Source of the DNA: Balanoglossus misakiensis
Taxonomy: Eukaryota > Animalia > Hemichordata
Assembly (NCBI GenBank): GCA_040954595.2
Contig: CM082580.2
Coordinates: 5,632,783-5,696,782 of the forward strand
Direction: 5' to 3'
DNA: 64,000 nt
In this document: in pieces, positions 31,301 to 46,300 of the stretch
Numbering within the stretch: the stretch's first letter is position 1
Layout of the letters: each line of letters begins with the position of its first letter
Position numbers and translations under genes: made by a program
Notes under the pieces: generated by a model
The model's database searches: none
Told to the model about the DNA's origin: nothing
What the model saw: only the letters and a program-made list of their open reading frames with translations

Positions 31301-34300
31301 GCATATGTTCTGTCAACACCTCCAGACTTAACACTAACATTATTGAATAAACATTTTCAAGAACACACTGTATTATGTACATGTATGTAAACTGTGCGCA
31401 CCCTGTGCCCTGCTGCACTAAGCTTTTAACAGATGTCATATGAATTTCCCTCAAAGGTTTTTTGAGCATCTATTCTGAAATTAAACCCTAAACAGATGAG
31501 AAAGTCAAGCATACAAAGTACTTCAGCTCTTTCAATGCGTCTCTCTCTTTCTTTCTTTCCCTAATTTCCTCTCGAAAATGACATCTAACAAGCCCCTTGG
31601 CGGGTCTACTATGGAAATGGCAAATGTAAGATGGCTTCTCTTTCAAGGGTATCTCATTATTACAGCAACGCAGCCTTTAGTAATGCCATCACTTGTGTGT
31701 GTGGATGAGTGCTGATCATTTCCTGTGGTAAAGCCAGGAGCAGAAAAAACACACTATTACGCAGACACTTACATGAATGATGACACTCTCAACTATTCGA
31801 CACTGATCAGACATGTCCGTCACCATGGTTACCATGTTCTCGGCAGCTGGTCGCACCAAGGTTGGTCCGAACACAATGGCAAGGTTGCGCGGTTCCATCT
31901 GGCAAACGAAAGATTTTTTTTACTCCATTATCAGTCACAATACTGGGAATTCAAAAACCCCATAAAAAACATTTAATTGGGGATACTGCACGATACAATG
32001 TGGTATTCTGATCAATAAAAATGTAATGGGTTCTTGCTAATCTGTGCCCTCACAAAATTCTGATCACATTACACCATCTGTTTCACCAATTGGTGATTTC
32101 ACTGCAAGTACTACAGATCTTCGACTCAGAGGGCGCTGTTGCATGGTCAACCACACATATCCTCTCCCTGGTATATTCCCAGAAGTTTTGAAAAGAAATA
32201 ACGAAATAGCTTGAAGCAAACATTCCTACCTTGTTGACAGGAGCATTGTCAGCAACTCTCTTCAGATGATATGCAAGGAATTTCAGAGTTTCATAGTGGT
32301 GAGCTGGCAAGTCCTGAACCTAGTAGAAGAAAACACATGGGATATTTCAGTTGAAGTTGAAATGAATGCAAATAATACAGCAATTTCACAAAGAGTTACA
32401 CCATCAGAGATACAGGGTCAGAGATTCATTAGTCAAGTGGTCATTATCCACTCAATTGAGCGAGAAGACTATGAATTTGATTAATTTTTAAGATTTTAAG
32501 ATCAGAGAATTAAACTGAAAACATATTTCTGGTACTGGTTTTAAAATCAAGATAGTTTACCCAATGGTTGATCTATTCTGCTGTATACTCTGAATACAGT
32601 TTCATTTGAGATAATACATTAGATAGACAGTTACTGTTGTGTTGTGTGCGTGTGTTTGCCTGTGTGTGTGTATTTATTGAATTATATCTGATTGATATAA
32701 CTTACAAGTTTCCTGAGTAAACTCATTCGTTCAGTGGAATCATCTTTCCTATTTGCTTCAATGAAAAAGGCATACATGTCTGTAAAGATAATGCAAAGGA
32801 AATAAAAAGTTACATTTTCTCAGCTCTATCGTCTGACTTAAATAATATTGATTTACGTGCACATACTTTAGCAACTAGGGAACTACAGAATTGATCAATG
32901 TCACACCACGATCACATTGTAATATGGTACATGTATATACCGTTCTCAAGTGTGCAGTGTGCTCGGCCTGCGACAATATATCTACAGTGCCTAGGAGGCA
33001 AGTTTGTTAAAATACAACAGCTGGAACAGTTTACGCACTTTCAATGGGGGTTCGATGTATTTAACTGGAACATTATAGAGCGAAGTCTGCCAGAAGTGAT
33101 CTCCAGACGTAATCTTACTATTGATATCCTCATTAGTGCAGTGACGACATTTTTTTATTGCTTCTGAGAAAGGAAGTACAGCCACAGGGCAAGACCATTC
33201 GTCAAGTGAAGTTGATGGTGACTCTATCAGGCCTGAGGGGCTCGGTTATTGACTTCACGCTCTCCTGTGACACCTTTCACTCTACGCACGACAACGTTTC
33301 ATCGGTCGCGCTGCTAGCCAGGCTGTGTCAAAACCTTCATATCTCAAATCTGAGGTACATACACAGCGATGGTCAGATGTCGCAGTGGACGAGACCACAA
33401 ACACTAGAAAATCACCAGCATTATCAATCAAGACGTACAGTTCGTGCAGGTCGAGTGTGGCGCGACACGTTTTATTGTACAGCATGACGTTTAATGGGGG
33501 AACGGCGCGTTGAGCTGACTTACCACTTGGCACAATCGGGTCTGGTAACTTTCTGAAGAAGGATTTCAAGAGACTGCTGACAACGTTGATGTCTTTCCAT
33601 TTCTGTATGATAGAAAGCAGTGCATGTAGAGTCAGAGCTATGCTTACACATGATAAATGTACACATTCCTTCTAAGATATTTAGATGGCCAAAAAAAAAC
33701 ATCTGGAAAATATCAGATATAACTCATTTCCCTCAAATTCACAATTGGTGTTGACTGAAGTACAGCATCGATCATACAAGTATCATTTATGTACAACTAA
33801 TATCTCAAGTTTACAGTGAAATGTTTCTTATCTCTTGCAAACATGTGGTCACAACATATTACTTGTAAACTGTCATCTCATGATTTATATCATATGATAG
33901 CAATCTGGCACAGGCTTCTCATTTGAGTCGGCTGCATATTACTTGACTCTAATGCTAGTAAAATATGTGAATTTACATGTAGTGTGGAAGAGGGCAGGGG
34001 TGCAATAAAATTTACTTTGATGAGGGATTGAAATTTCTAAAATCATATTGCATATACTATATGTGTAACTTCTGCTCTCATTGACCATACAATCAAGGAG
34101 ATGTTTTAATACAAAATGAATGATTGTATACTATGGAAACAATATTTTATGAGTAATCAGCTCTCACTTTTTATTCATCAAATGAGGCAGCTAGGGTATT
34201 GTGGGATGTGAATATTATTTATGGTAGGGTTTTAACCCCTTTACCACCATGGTTTGGTCCAAATCTATTGTTTTCTATGGTACCGTAAATCTGGACCTCT

Positions 34301-37300
34301 AAAAGGAACTGCGGGTAAAGGATTAACACACACTTCTATGTTGATAACTGCATAGATTTCCTACCTTATCCTCTAAATTGACCTCATAAATGCCCCGGTT
34401 GCACTCTTCCTGTAGATGGGTGACTCCGCTGGTGTTGCCCGGAATCCTGTACACTCCAATCACTTCAGCTCCCTGAGTTTCAACTATGCTGCAACAGATC
34501 TCGACCACGCGGGGCAAAAACTGAAAGAAAACGCAAATGCATGTACAGCAACTGAAACAGGTAGTTGAAGAGAAAAACATACTGCATGTACACAAGTTCT
34601 TATCTTTTAATATTCATAAAAATTTTCATGAATAGATTCAGACAATAATTCCAATGCTATGTACTTCACGTACATTATGCACACTGCAACGATCTACAAA
34701 CTCCATAATATCCCAAGGCATATTTTACCTCATTGTTTGGTGAGGGTGGACACGCCTCCAAGACTACATTAAAGGTACCATTCGGTGGATCATCTTCAAC
34801 TGGTGTGGAGCCGGGTCCAAATTTTTTACTTATTCTGCTGATCTTGCCTTTCCAATTGTGCTGTTTGCTCTTAATCTCCTTGGGTGATGTTTCCTCAACT
34901 GGAAAAAAAAACATAATATGCTTAGATTACTTTTCTTGTGACATATACTCTCTCGCTCCCTCTCTTTCTTTCTCTCAGCTGTCTCTTTCCCTCCCTCTCA
35001 CTCTCAATCTTCAGCATTATTTTCTACCACAATTTACCAGTTTGTGATTCTACAGCTTTTGTTCTTTTGAAAGTGCAAGTATTGCCACCAACTCAAACCT
35101 TTCTAAATGCCAGAAACATGAAGGATTCCCATGAGGATATGAACCATTTATGTCAAAAGATTGCTGAGTTGGCCCTTTAAATGCATACAATGCATGAAGC
35201 AGATTTCACGTCTCATCATTATATAATATGAATTTTTTCCTGTTGATATATTGCAGAAGTCAATATCCTATCAACTACTGTTATGATTGAAGCAAAGCAT
35301 GTTGATATTGTACATACTTCTGTCTTTGTCTTTATCTTTCTCCTTTTCCCTGTCTTTCTCCTTGAAAGATTTCCGGCCGTGAGGGCCAGGTGACGCCCCT
35401 CTGAGAGTGAACTTCCTCCGTTGTGTACTCGGGGATATGGGATGTTTGCTTGGCTGCGTAACTCTGCAGACGTCACGTGTGTAAAAAGAGAAATATTTAT
35501 TAAAGGTTATGACGACTGTAAGAAGTATGTGTACGAGGAGTCAGAGAGTCAGTTGGGGCAGAATTCCACTATCAGGGGTTAACGACATACAGAAATTCCT
35601 CCATCAGTGCTAAAAATTCTTGCATGTGCAGGGATATGAACACACAGTGTCAGCTTTGCACACCTCATTTTATCTGCATTCCACTTAAAATAGAGACTCA
35701 AAGACATGGGTGTAATTATTATGATGGATGGACGGATGGCCATTTTGCATTTAAAGGGACAAAGTCTCTCTCTCGCTGCCCTTTTTTCCATTAATTAAAT
35801 TTCATAAAAGACACCGTTTGTTATTTTACATGTGGATATATAGTGAATGAACGTTCAACCACACACAAATTCCATCCCGCTTGTAGACAGGAGACTGAAA
35901 AAACCAAAATGAAATCGTTCTTTACCATTTATTCATTTTGGGCGAGTTTTTACTCTCATATCATACAAGTGGGATGGATGTTGTGTGTGGTTGATCATTG
36001 ATTCACTATATATCCACATTTACATTAACATAACCAGTGTCTTGTATCAAACATAATTAATGGAAAAGGGGCAGCTGGAGAGAGACTTTGTCCCTTTAAC
36101 TCCTGGGTTTTCAAAAACATATATCAACCGAACACTTCTGTTTATTTCCCAGGAGTTTTCCGGCCATTCCGCTCGGAGGCATCCCACTAGTATACCCACT
36201 TGGAAAAATGAGCCTCACTCTAACAAACTATTCTCTGGTGGATATTAGGTTCTATTTCCCCCGCAGGGTTTGCAATAATAGTCTCACAACTCTCGTTTCA
36301 CACTCATCTCTTACCGAAGTGTCACTGTCAATTTTCCCAGTTATTAACATTAATACGAGTACTGAACTTTGAATGCTTGTAATAACTTATGACCCCAAAA
36401 TATGACAACGCCAAATTTTTTATAATACAAGACAGAAATATAATTGTTTTTGATATATTTTGTAAAATATGATTTCATGCACACAATATCCCAAACTTTT
36501 AGCTGGTACAAAGCTCAAAATTGGAGCCCCCATAATAAACTCTCCCTCTCTCCCTTCTCCATCTTATACACACAAACTAGAATGGCTTCAATATGGCATA
36601 TCATCAGAAGCTGCTAACATCAACAAGCACACGAGCTAGACACATCATCCACGACTAAGCAATGAATAAACCCTCTGCCATAATAAAAAGAACCATAAGA
36701 GCACACATAACCCGGTGCTAATGAGCAAAAAGTGTGACCCTCCTTCCACGGGTGAAGGTTCGCAACTGGATGTTTATAAACACGATAAGGCACAAATGCT
36801 AACTACCAGTAATTTGTAGGGTTGCATTTCTTTGACGTCTGACACGCTGTTTTAGACATGTCACGCTCACCACGCACACACACCGACTCTGATGGACATT
36901 TGATGAGAAGAAATCTTACCCTAGGAGATTTTCTTGTTGCGCAGTCTTCCTCACAATCAGAGATTCGACCCCAGCATCCTATCAACAAATATATGCATGA
37001 ATTAAAATTAATGCTGGTGACAAAAATATTCTAAAATTAACAATTTTTAATCCTTCAATTCAAAAGATGCATGCATGGAGTTCTTTACTCTTTTTTTGAA
37101 AAATTCACCTAACCTATATATCTTTTAAGTCGCACAAAGTACAAACACACGTTTCTTGTGTGTGGATGAATGTACACAATTCACAAGGTGTGTGTAATAT
37201 ATGACTGCAATAGCACAGGGAATAATGGAAACTGTGCGATCACTGCCTCCCTGTGAAATGAAGCCATCGCATGCTGGAATGTTAACTAAGGCAGAAATTC

Positions 37301-40300
37301 CATCAAATAGCGATGTTTTCCACCTCTAATCATTAGTGCTGACACTTGAAAGACATCGCTTAGAATGTATATTCTAGACACATGCATTCCAGATCACTGC
37401 ATGGCTGGTTTGATTATTCTGGGTATGTTTTTTTCCTGCTCTCAGAGACCTAATGTTTACCGATACAGCTGCACATTTTTCTCTAGGGCCTCTGTAAACC
37501 CCTGCAAGGTTTGAATAATCAAGTTCCTATCAATATTGAATACGAAACAATCACATTGTTTTGTGATCGCTTTGGTATGATGTCGATGGAAGAACCAGGG
37601 ATGGTGACAGGACTGGTGAAATGGACTTACGTCTGAGTCTGGATTGTTGTTTTTCTGTATCACCGATATCCACTCCAACATAGTCTTGCTGTCACTAGCC
37701 TGTAAATAATGAGACATGGTCATCACTCTCATTTCTGCTCAGCTCAAAATGTACCTCAGCGCCATAATGCACCTCGAAAATCAAAATTTTATATTTTTCT
37801 CCCATTGTGCTAATGATAACTCTAGATTATTCTAAGTTGAGAATAATATTCGGGGGTTTCCATGAAAATTTTTGAATGAGAGTGCCAAATTGTCTAAAAT
37901 TTGAAATTCAAAATGGCCGCCAATGTCTGTATTAACTGAACGGATACAAATTATAGTGATTTTTTGTGGAAAGAAGATGTCAAACACCCCTCTTTTCCTC
38001 TCAGTTAACAAAAAGATTCCTCGCACACTTTACTACAGCCAAGAATTAAAATTTTGGAGGAGTCATTTTTTTCTTTAAAAAATCTGTTCCTGAGGTCTCA
38101 TCGCTGTAAATGTTTATGCATTACACTTATGTGCTCCCATATGTTAACACTACCAAACAACGTGGCAAGACCGCACAATGCCAATCTTGTAATCAAGTCT
38201 CTCTAAACTTATTCAGTGGTATATACACCCTTCCTATTGATGTACATCATGTTGGAAGGTGAATGCCATCAGCTCTGGAATTCACTTTCAGTAAACACAC
38301 CACCGACACATTGATAAACTTTCAGACACTCTGAACTCAATAACAAGTGCCTGTGTATTTGAAAGTGTGAACGTTTCACTTAAATTTGAACACATAAAGA
38401 TTTATATACGGCAAAGGAGAAACCATCAAAGTAAAAGCATTTATCGGGTCATGCTACACCTCAATAATAATCAAATCAAGGCAGGCCACAATGTACACTG
38501 CATTTCCTTCCTTCCTCTCGCTATTCCTGTACATTTGAAATTATGTCTGCCACAAACTTGCATTGCTTTCTGAAAAGGATTGCACCTTTGACTATCACAT
38601 TATCAAATTAGAATGCCTAGTATTTTTCCCTTTTACATGACCACATTAGAATGCTCAGTATTTTGGATTGTTATAACAAGGTCTGTACATATGAATGACC
38701 ATAACTATTAATGGCTGGTGCGTAAGTCTGGTCTTGAATTTAATGTTCACAACAAAACGGTCACATACAGTGACTGTTTCAAGCCTAAAAGTTGGTGTTT
38801 CATCACCCTTTGAGTAAATCACGAAACAGTTGTGACTAGACAGGACAGGACAGGCCCGTCAATGGTAGAACAAAAAATTATCTGAAGTTACAGCTGCTTT
38901 CCCTTTGCATTTGTGACATGTCGGTCTCATCTTCACTGATCAGTGATCTCTTGTTGGATGGTCTGTGTACGAACAGTGGCGACTAAAACCATTTTATCGA
39001 AAAATATGGGCAGGCATGCCTGTGTAATAGCCCTTGACATGACAATAATTGTGACAAAATGGTCAACTAGCAGCCCTATTGGCTCATATCACAAAACCAG
39101 CATACCTGCAGTAAATACTCGGAGCCGCTATATGTGCACAATCTGAAGACGTTCTTTTTCTTGGTGTAGTCGTAGGCTATGTCCACGATGGCAGACTTAA
39201 TGCTGATGGGCTGGTCTTCCATGGATGTAGGGCTCTGTTGCCAAGGAAACATATGCACAAGATCATCAAAACTGTAATCTGGTTTTTACACATACTTTGG
39301 AATGCCTTATTTGCAGGTATAAACAGATAGCACATTGCTGACATCCATGCATGCATTCCAAAACATTACCACATATGTAACATGTTCATTCTAATAGCTT
39401 AATTTATTTAAAAATCATTTAAAGCATTGCATTGACCCTTTTCCATAGATAAGATTCCTTGAGCACCTCCCTGACACAATTACATGTATTTCAAATTAAA
39501 ATGTAGACAAAATACGCAATGTGCAAATTTTTTACTGAATTGTTCAGCTGGACATATTCACACATTTCTGTTTTCATAATTGGTATGCTGGAACTTATAA
39601 CTTTGGAAATAGGTCACTTGTATATGTACATGTACGCATGCATGTGTACATAAATAGGTTATTTAAAAGAATTTTTTTAACTTTGTATTAAATTGACAGG
39701 CTCAATCTGATTCAGAACCAATGCTGCTGTGTTGTACACACAAAGTTATGGCTTGCCAATTTCAATGATGCGAGGATAAAAGCCCACCACAAGTTTACCA
39801 CAATATCACCCGTGAAGGAAACCACGGCAAGTTTGTACAACTTACCATGGCACTTACTTCTTTCTTCTCCTTTGCCAAGTACAACACGTGTCCCTTGAGG
39901 ACAGCATGCACTAGCTTCCACGATCTGCCGCTGGCTCGCTGTGGTGAAACACAGTGAAATTAGGCGACAGTTTATTATAGCCATCTACATGTTTCTTGGA
40001 GTACGACATATTTCATTCATAGGTTACTCTATCCTATCCATTTCAACAATCATGAATGAATGAATGAATGAATGAATGAATGAATGAATGAAGAAGGAAG
40101 GAAGGAACGAACGAACGAACAAATGAATGAATGGATGGATGGATGGATGAATCAATGAGAGTCAGTCAATCAATCATTCAATCCATCCATCCATCCATCC
40201 ACCAACCAACTGGCAACTTAACATGGACAGTGTGAAAAAAACTTTCTCCAGCATAGTGATTTGGCAACTTTTACAATTGTTTAGTTGATACCACATGAAC

Positions 40301-43300
40301 ATAATTCTGCATACTTCCTGAATAACAGACATTTCCCATTTGTTTTCATCTCATAATACATTTTCATGTCACCACCGCCGATCAACCAACCTTCCTGTCT
40401 TTGGCTTCCACTTTACAGAACAATGGCCCTTCTTTGATGATTTCGTAGAGCCTGGTTGGCGAGACATTGTCATTTCTCCTCTTCTCAGAAGCTTCCACAA
40501 TTTTAGGAGTGCCTTCTCCGAAGAACGATTTCAGTTTCTTGATGCTTGGATTTCGCTTGTACGGCGTTTTCCTAAAAGAGAAATCACAGAAAAACCATGA
40601 AGGACAACCACTTGTTTCCAGATGTTTCATTAGTTTTAGTGTGAATTCTTTTCATATTAATTTGTGTTTTTGTCTCTTACAATTTTTTTTTATATAATTT
40701 CCACAACTGATTATATTTACACCTCCCCCTAACGTTGTTGATCAGACAAAGTGCCTGTTTGGTAACATATTTTTTTTATCACAACAGCTTGGCTCAATCA
40801 CCAGCCCTCCCCTTCAGCTTCGTATGTGTCACTTCACAGTATGGCACTGCATTGCTGGCAGGCATGTTCTTATCTGTGTGTACGATTCCAAGTCATTCAC
40901 CTTAACCCCACCCTGAATCTTCCACATTGAATTTGGTATGGCCGGCATGCATATTGCTTTCAGGGCTAATGAATCACAATTACTGGCATGCTGAGAAGTC
41001 AGACTCAGGTCTTTGACTGTTTCAGCAAGGCAACCATAGCATTAATGAACTTAAATCTGTAGCCAGCACTCTTAACTTACAACACATTGTTATCGAAGTT
41101 GCATCTGTCCTTTATACTATGCTATAAACACTTAGAGTAATATTTGCAGGAATCCTCACTGCCTGAGCACTTAATCTCATCACAACTATTTAGTTTCAGG
41201 TTTCTGGAAATTTGTTATGACTGTACCAATTGCCAAGTTTATTATTTTGAACGTTAGTGTCATTGTAGCTTCCCCTGATGGTGAATTTTGAAATACTGAA
41301 CTCGTTGCCTTTATCATGCTAGCAACACAGCAAAGCATTCCACTCGTAAGTTGTTTTCGCTTAATATCAAGATCATTTCTCATCTTGGTCTGATCTCAGA
41401 AGGTGCCCCCTATGTATGGGAGGTGTGATTGGACTTAATGTTTGTATGACGTGCTGCACAGATACATGTATAATCTGCTGATGGGGGCATGCAGAATTCA
41501 GAACCTGCAGGTCTTCTGCAGAATTCTTCATTGGAGTCATTATCAAGAGCCCCCCTCTGTCATTCATTCTTAACTCTGGTGCTGATAGCATCAGCCCTGT
41601 TAGTGCTAACCCACTGCATCTCTAAACATTTGCCACACACCACTGGTCTGTTGTTTTCTTGTGTCACACATGTACATGTACTTCATGAGTATCTTGTCAA
41701 AGGCCTTCTCAAAGCACCGGCATCTACGTCATGCAAGCTGCTAGATTAACCCTGTCACCACCATGGTTCAGTCCAAACCCATTGTTTTCTATGGTAAAGT
41801 TGGACCACTAAAAATGGAACTGGGGGTGAAAGGGTTAAGCATAAAATCACATCACTGCCTTTGCAGAAACAAACGAATACGTCTTCGACTTACATATCCA
41901 CAGTGCCAGTAGGACTAGGTGAGCTTTTATCTTCAGACTCTGTGTCGGGACTGGATGCTGACAGGATGTGCCCCTCAGCATCTTCGCTGGAAGTGGCCAT
42001 TAAATATGACGTTCTTCTCATTGATCTGGAAACTGCACAACCAAGATTCTCTGTTAATATCTACGGGCCAAAGACTGCTCTGTATTACAGCAGAAATGAC
42101 ATTTTCAAGAGCTGAATAGATTTTGAAACCAGACTGCCTATAATGCATTGTACTACATGTAGTAAGAATAAGTTTTGATTTTTCACATTTGCTTTTTTAC
42201 AAGTTGTACACGGTACTTCAAGTGTGAGACTGTTTTAATATGTATTTTAGTGATCCCACTATTCTGATAGCGAGTTAAGTCAAATTTGGGTCAGGTGTTT
42301 TCACATGCCTTTGGGGTTCATTTAGTGAGAAAAGGCCAGAAAATCAATATCTGAAGTAGAAACTCCATTCCAAAGGTACAGGTCAATTTGCGTTCCGATA
42401 TATCTTTATAATTGAATGACAGTAGACATCTCCACAACAGATGCTGTAAATTCCTTTCATCTCTGTTTCCAGCGAGACGTAATTTTTATGACTTGTAAGT
42501 CCAACCACTTGCTCGTAACATGACCAATGCCAGATCGCTGCATTCCAAAACAGGCAACAAATAGCTTCTATTTCAAACAGGAATGGCAATTTCTGCTTTG
42601 TTTAAGCCAACCCTGCATTCTGTTCGGAATGTTTTAATTTTTTTTCTTAAATTCAGCTCTTGAAAGATGTCAGATCTGATCAGTGTTACTGTGGAGGATA
42701 AAAATGTATGACTCCAGCTGGTCTGAAAAACTGGTTATTAAAGAAGAATGCAACAATGAAACTCCCCGGATGTCAATATGGACATGGATAAGGTTAAATG
42801 ACAAAAGTACTGGTTTTTAAAAAGAACCATCGCTATACCATTAACCCTATCAGGAGTATAGTACCAAAGCTTTAATATGCGAAATTACTCTATCACCCAT
42901 CGAAACACGGACCTGTTTAGTAGTCTGCCAGGTATAAAACAGAAGCAGAGCACTGTTGATCACACATCAATTTGCCATTAAGATTATTTCTCAAATCAAA
43001 GAAGAAATTCACTGGAAGTTGCAGTGTCTTTTAGAAAGGTCATATGAAACACTCAAAGACACTGGGTTTCTTCATAAATGACATCATTTTGGCACCTTCT
43101 GTATAATTTACAATTAATCCTCCAGTAGTGTTTTCAAACATATTACTGTTCTCAGGTATTTTGACATTTCCAAGTACACAAGAGGTGAAAGGTCACCATG
43201 ATGAGCTCGGTGTTGCAATACACCACATGGTGCATCACACTCTCAAGGGGACCATTCACTCTTTACACCCTCAAAACACAATCAATGATTAGGTTGGGTG

Positions 43301-46300
43301 TTTTTTTGCCGTTATAAATTTTCCTTAATGAGATTGAACCAGCAAATTGATGTGCACAGCTGGGAAAAGAGACCCAATGTGAATCTGGTGAATGTGCTAT
43401 GCTCATTGCAAACGGGAAGTGCAGTATTCTGAGCGATGGGTCTTGAATAATGTGTACGCAACCCACAAAACGTGGTTGAACGCGTATATTTTAGATGTGT
43501 TCTACAGTGGTCTTCATGCATTTTATAAGCAGTTGCTGAAAAAAATTAAACCGAGTGTGATATTTCAGAAATGACACACTCAAATGCTACACTTCCGGTA
43601 TAACCATGAACACAGCACATCTGCAAGATTGGCAATGGGCGTTAATAAATGAAACTATCCAACAACCAACCAGATATTAGGATGTCATTGAGTTCCTTGA
43701 ATGAAGACAAACCTATCACCACTAAGTCTCCTGTGTTTTTGGTTTTTATTCACACAAGGTAGTTAAAAGGAAAACAAGATGATGGGTACAACAAACAGTT
43801 CATTTTATTTACAAGATCTGCATTTCACATGTATTTCCTGTCCCCCAGACTAGACAGGAACCAAACGCTTCAATACATGCAAAAACCTTTCACTGGTGTG
43901 CGATCACAACTTTTTGACCTTTTGGCCACCCGTTTCATTTTCTGCAATACTTAACACTGGGACAGTCCAGTGGAGAGGGATATACACACGGCATATAAAA
44001 TGAAACTGTTTGTTACACATGCTGTGAAAACTCTCACTGTATAAAATGACGTTCTACGGTGATGAAGAGGAGTGAGATGAGCACAGCAAGACAGTACACC
44101 ACCTCGGTTTAATTAATATCGTGTCAATAGGTGCTACAGGTTAGTACCCAGTCAGACAACACAAGTCAGTGAAGTATGTGAGCGTGTGTGCGCAAGTAGT
44201 GCTTAAAGCATTAGCAGCATAGTGACAAACAAGGGCGCTAAATCTAAAAGCAGCCAATTTGTAATTTAAGCAAACCTCTTTCTCGCCCGTCAACAGCTCG
44301 TCGCCTACGCACAACGGGCTTTGTATCGAAATAGGTGCGGGCCGTAGACCGAGAAGCTTTGACAGTTGTGGTAGTATTCGTTGTGGTGGTTGTGTTGGCG
44401 GTGGTGGTTGCCATGGAAAGAAAAGCTGTTGTCTTGGCAACAGATGAGGAGGAATAGCTCCTTGGGAAATTGAAAGCTGGTGACAAACATATCAAATTAA
44501 AATGAATAACTTGTGCAGAAAAGGCAAATTTAAGAAATAATTTTGCAGCACGAGGAAAACTATAAAGGAACAGAGACATATACATACACATGCATTACAT
44601 GCCAAACACAGTGCATGTTTTAACTTAAAGCAACATTTTGTCACACAAACTAAAGATGACAATTTATAGCGATGCTGACAGCACTAAAAAAAAGATGAGT
44701 AAAAGAAACATTAAATAATAATGAAACGTGACAGTATGTGTCCAATAATCCAGCAACTGCCAAAACCATGGCGCCATGAAAAAATCTGAATTGAATATAC
44801 AGGCATTGAACTTTTAATGAGGACAAACCCTTGAAAATAACCCAATAAGAACCAACCAAAACCTCGTACCTTCAATACAAACCAAACCCAACAGATTCAC
44901 ACCGAACCCAACAGAAGAACTCACCTGTGGCATCTGCAGAGGGGGACGTGGCAGTCGACGAACTTTGGCGGCTTCCCGAGCTGCTGCTTATGGCGTCGTC
45001 CGGGATCTCCACGGCCCTGATGAAGGAATCGTACCTGCGATTGTCGTGGTGCCGCCTGAAGTCCCTGTCCTCGCTCCTCGCCCGCAGCCTGGCGCCCCTC
45101 AGCCTCTCCCGCATCCTGTCCCGGCTGTCGTCTCGGACGGGCACCGGGGGGCACTCTTTGGAGAGCTGCGCCACTTTCTTGCGGGGTGGAGGGTTCTGGG
45201 ACTGCTTGGAGGGTAGGGTCTCCGAGGTGTTCCTCCGCATGGCGCCCCGCGCGCTCCGGGTCATGCTGGCCGGGTGGGTGGAGTGCTCGATCCGGCCGGG
45301 AATGGACTGCCTGCCTCGCCTCGGGGAGGGGTTTCGCTCCCCCTTGGCGGAAGAGTTACGACCCCTCTCCCTCGGCGGGGACACGTCCCTGCTCCTGCTG
45401 TGGCTTCTCCTGGGGTTAGGATTGTGCTTCTCTTCCTCTCTCCACCGGGGCTGCCCTTGACCGTGACCCTGGTTAGCCTGCATTATGATTGGCCTGTGAT
45501 TGCTTTGAGAATGTTCCACTACAACCGGCTGCGGTTTACTTTCCTCCGTCGGAGATGATTTCTCACTGGTGTCCTCCTCCTCCACCAGTATCACCTGTAC
45601 CGGCTCTGCTCTCAAGAGTTCAAATCCCCTGGACTTTGCGTCCCCTTGAGCCTGGTGGTGGCAAGACAAGGCACTCCCGTCGGTGTCCACTCCACCGTAC
45701 CCATTCTCCGGTTGCCGACTACCTTCTGCGGTCGTACTCACAAGCAGGACGTCGTTGCTATGCTCAATCCTTGCCGTGTACGTCGGATTCCGGTTTTGCT
45801 TGGCTCCTCTCTTGGCACCACTGGCATCAGCTGCTGCGGGGTAAGTACTCTCGGGGGACAGCGTCAGCGTTATGGAACTCTGCTGGCCAGGCGGCTGCGA
45901 AGGGCTGCCACTGCGGCCGTCCCCGCCGAATGTCTCTTTGGAGTCCTGTTTGAGGCTCGTCAAATACTCCCTCATCGTCATGCCCCCGGTCGACAGAAGC
46001 TGCAGCTCGGTCCGAGCTCTCCTCTCTCTGCTGGCGTCCCTGTCGTACCTGGGGTGGTACTCCTCTCTGTGCCGCTGTGACCTGTCCTCTCCTCTGCTGC
46101 TACTCTGCGTTCTGCTTCCTCGACTCCTGCGGTCTCCCCTGTACCTGCTCCCCTCCTCGTCCCCCGTCCGTGAGCTTGACCTTCCCCGGACTTCCTCCCG
46201 GCTGTAGTTATACCTGTCGGGCATGACCAGCATGTCCGCGCTGGCACTGATCCCCCTCCCCGTCTGGTCGAGGGGTCTGGGCTGACTGGAATGTGTCCTT

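Noticed and set aside
41373-41749. Short ORFs in the RhoGAP intron before the PH exons
   Set aside because: No recognisable motif or compatible splice signals.
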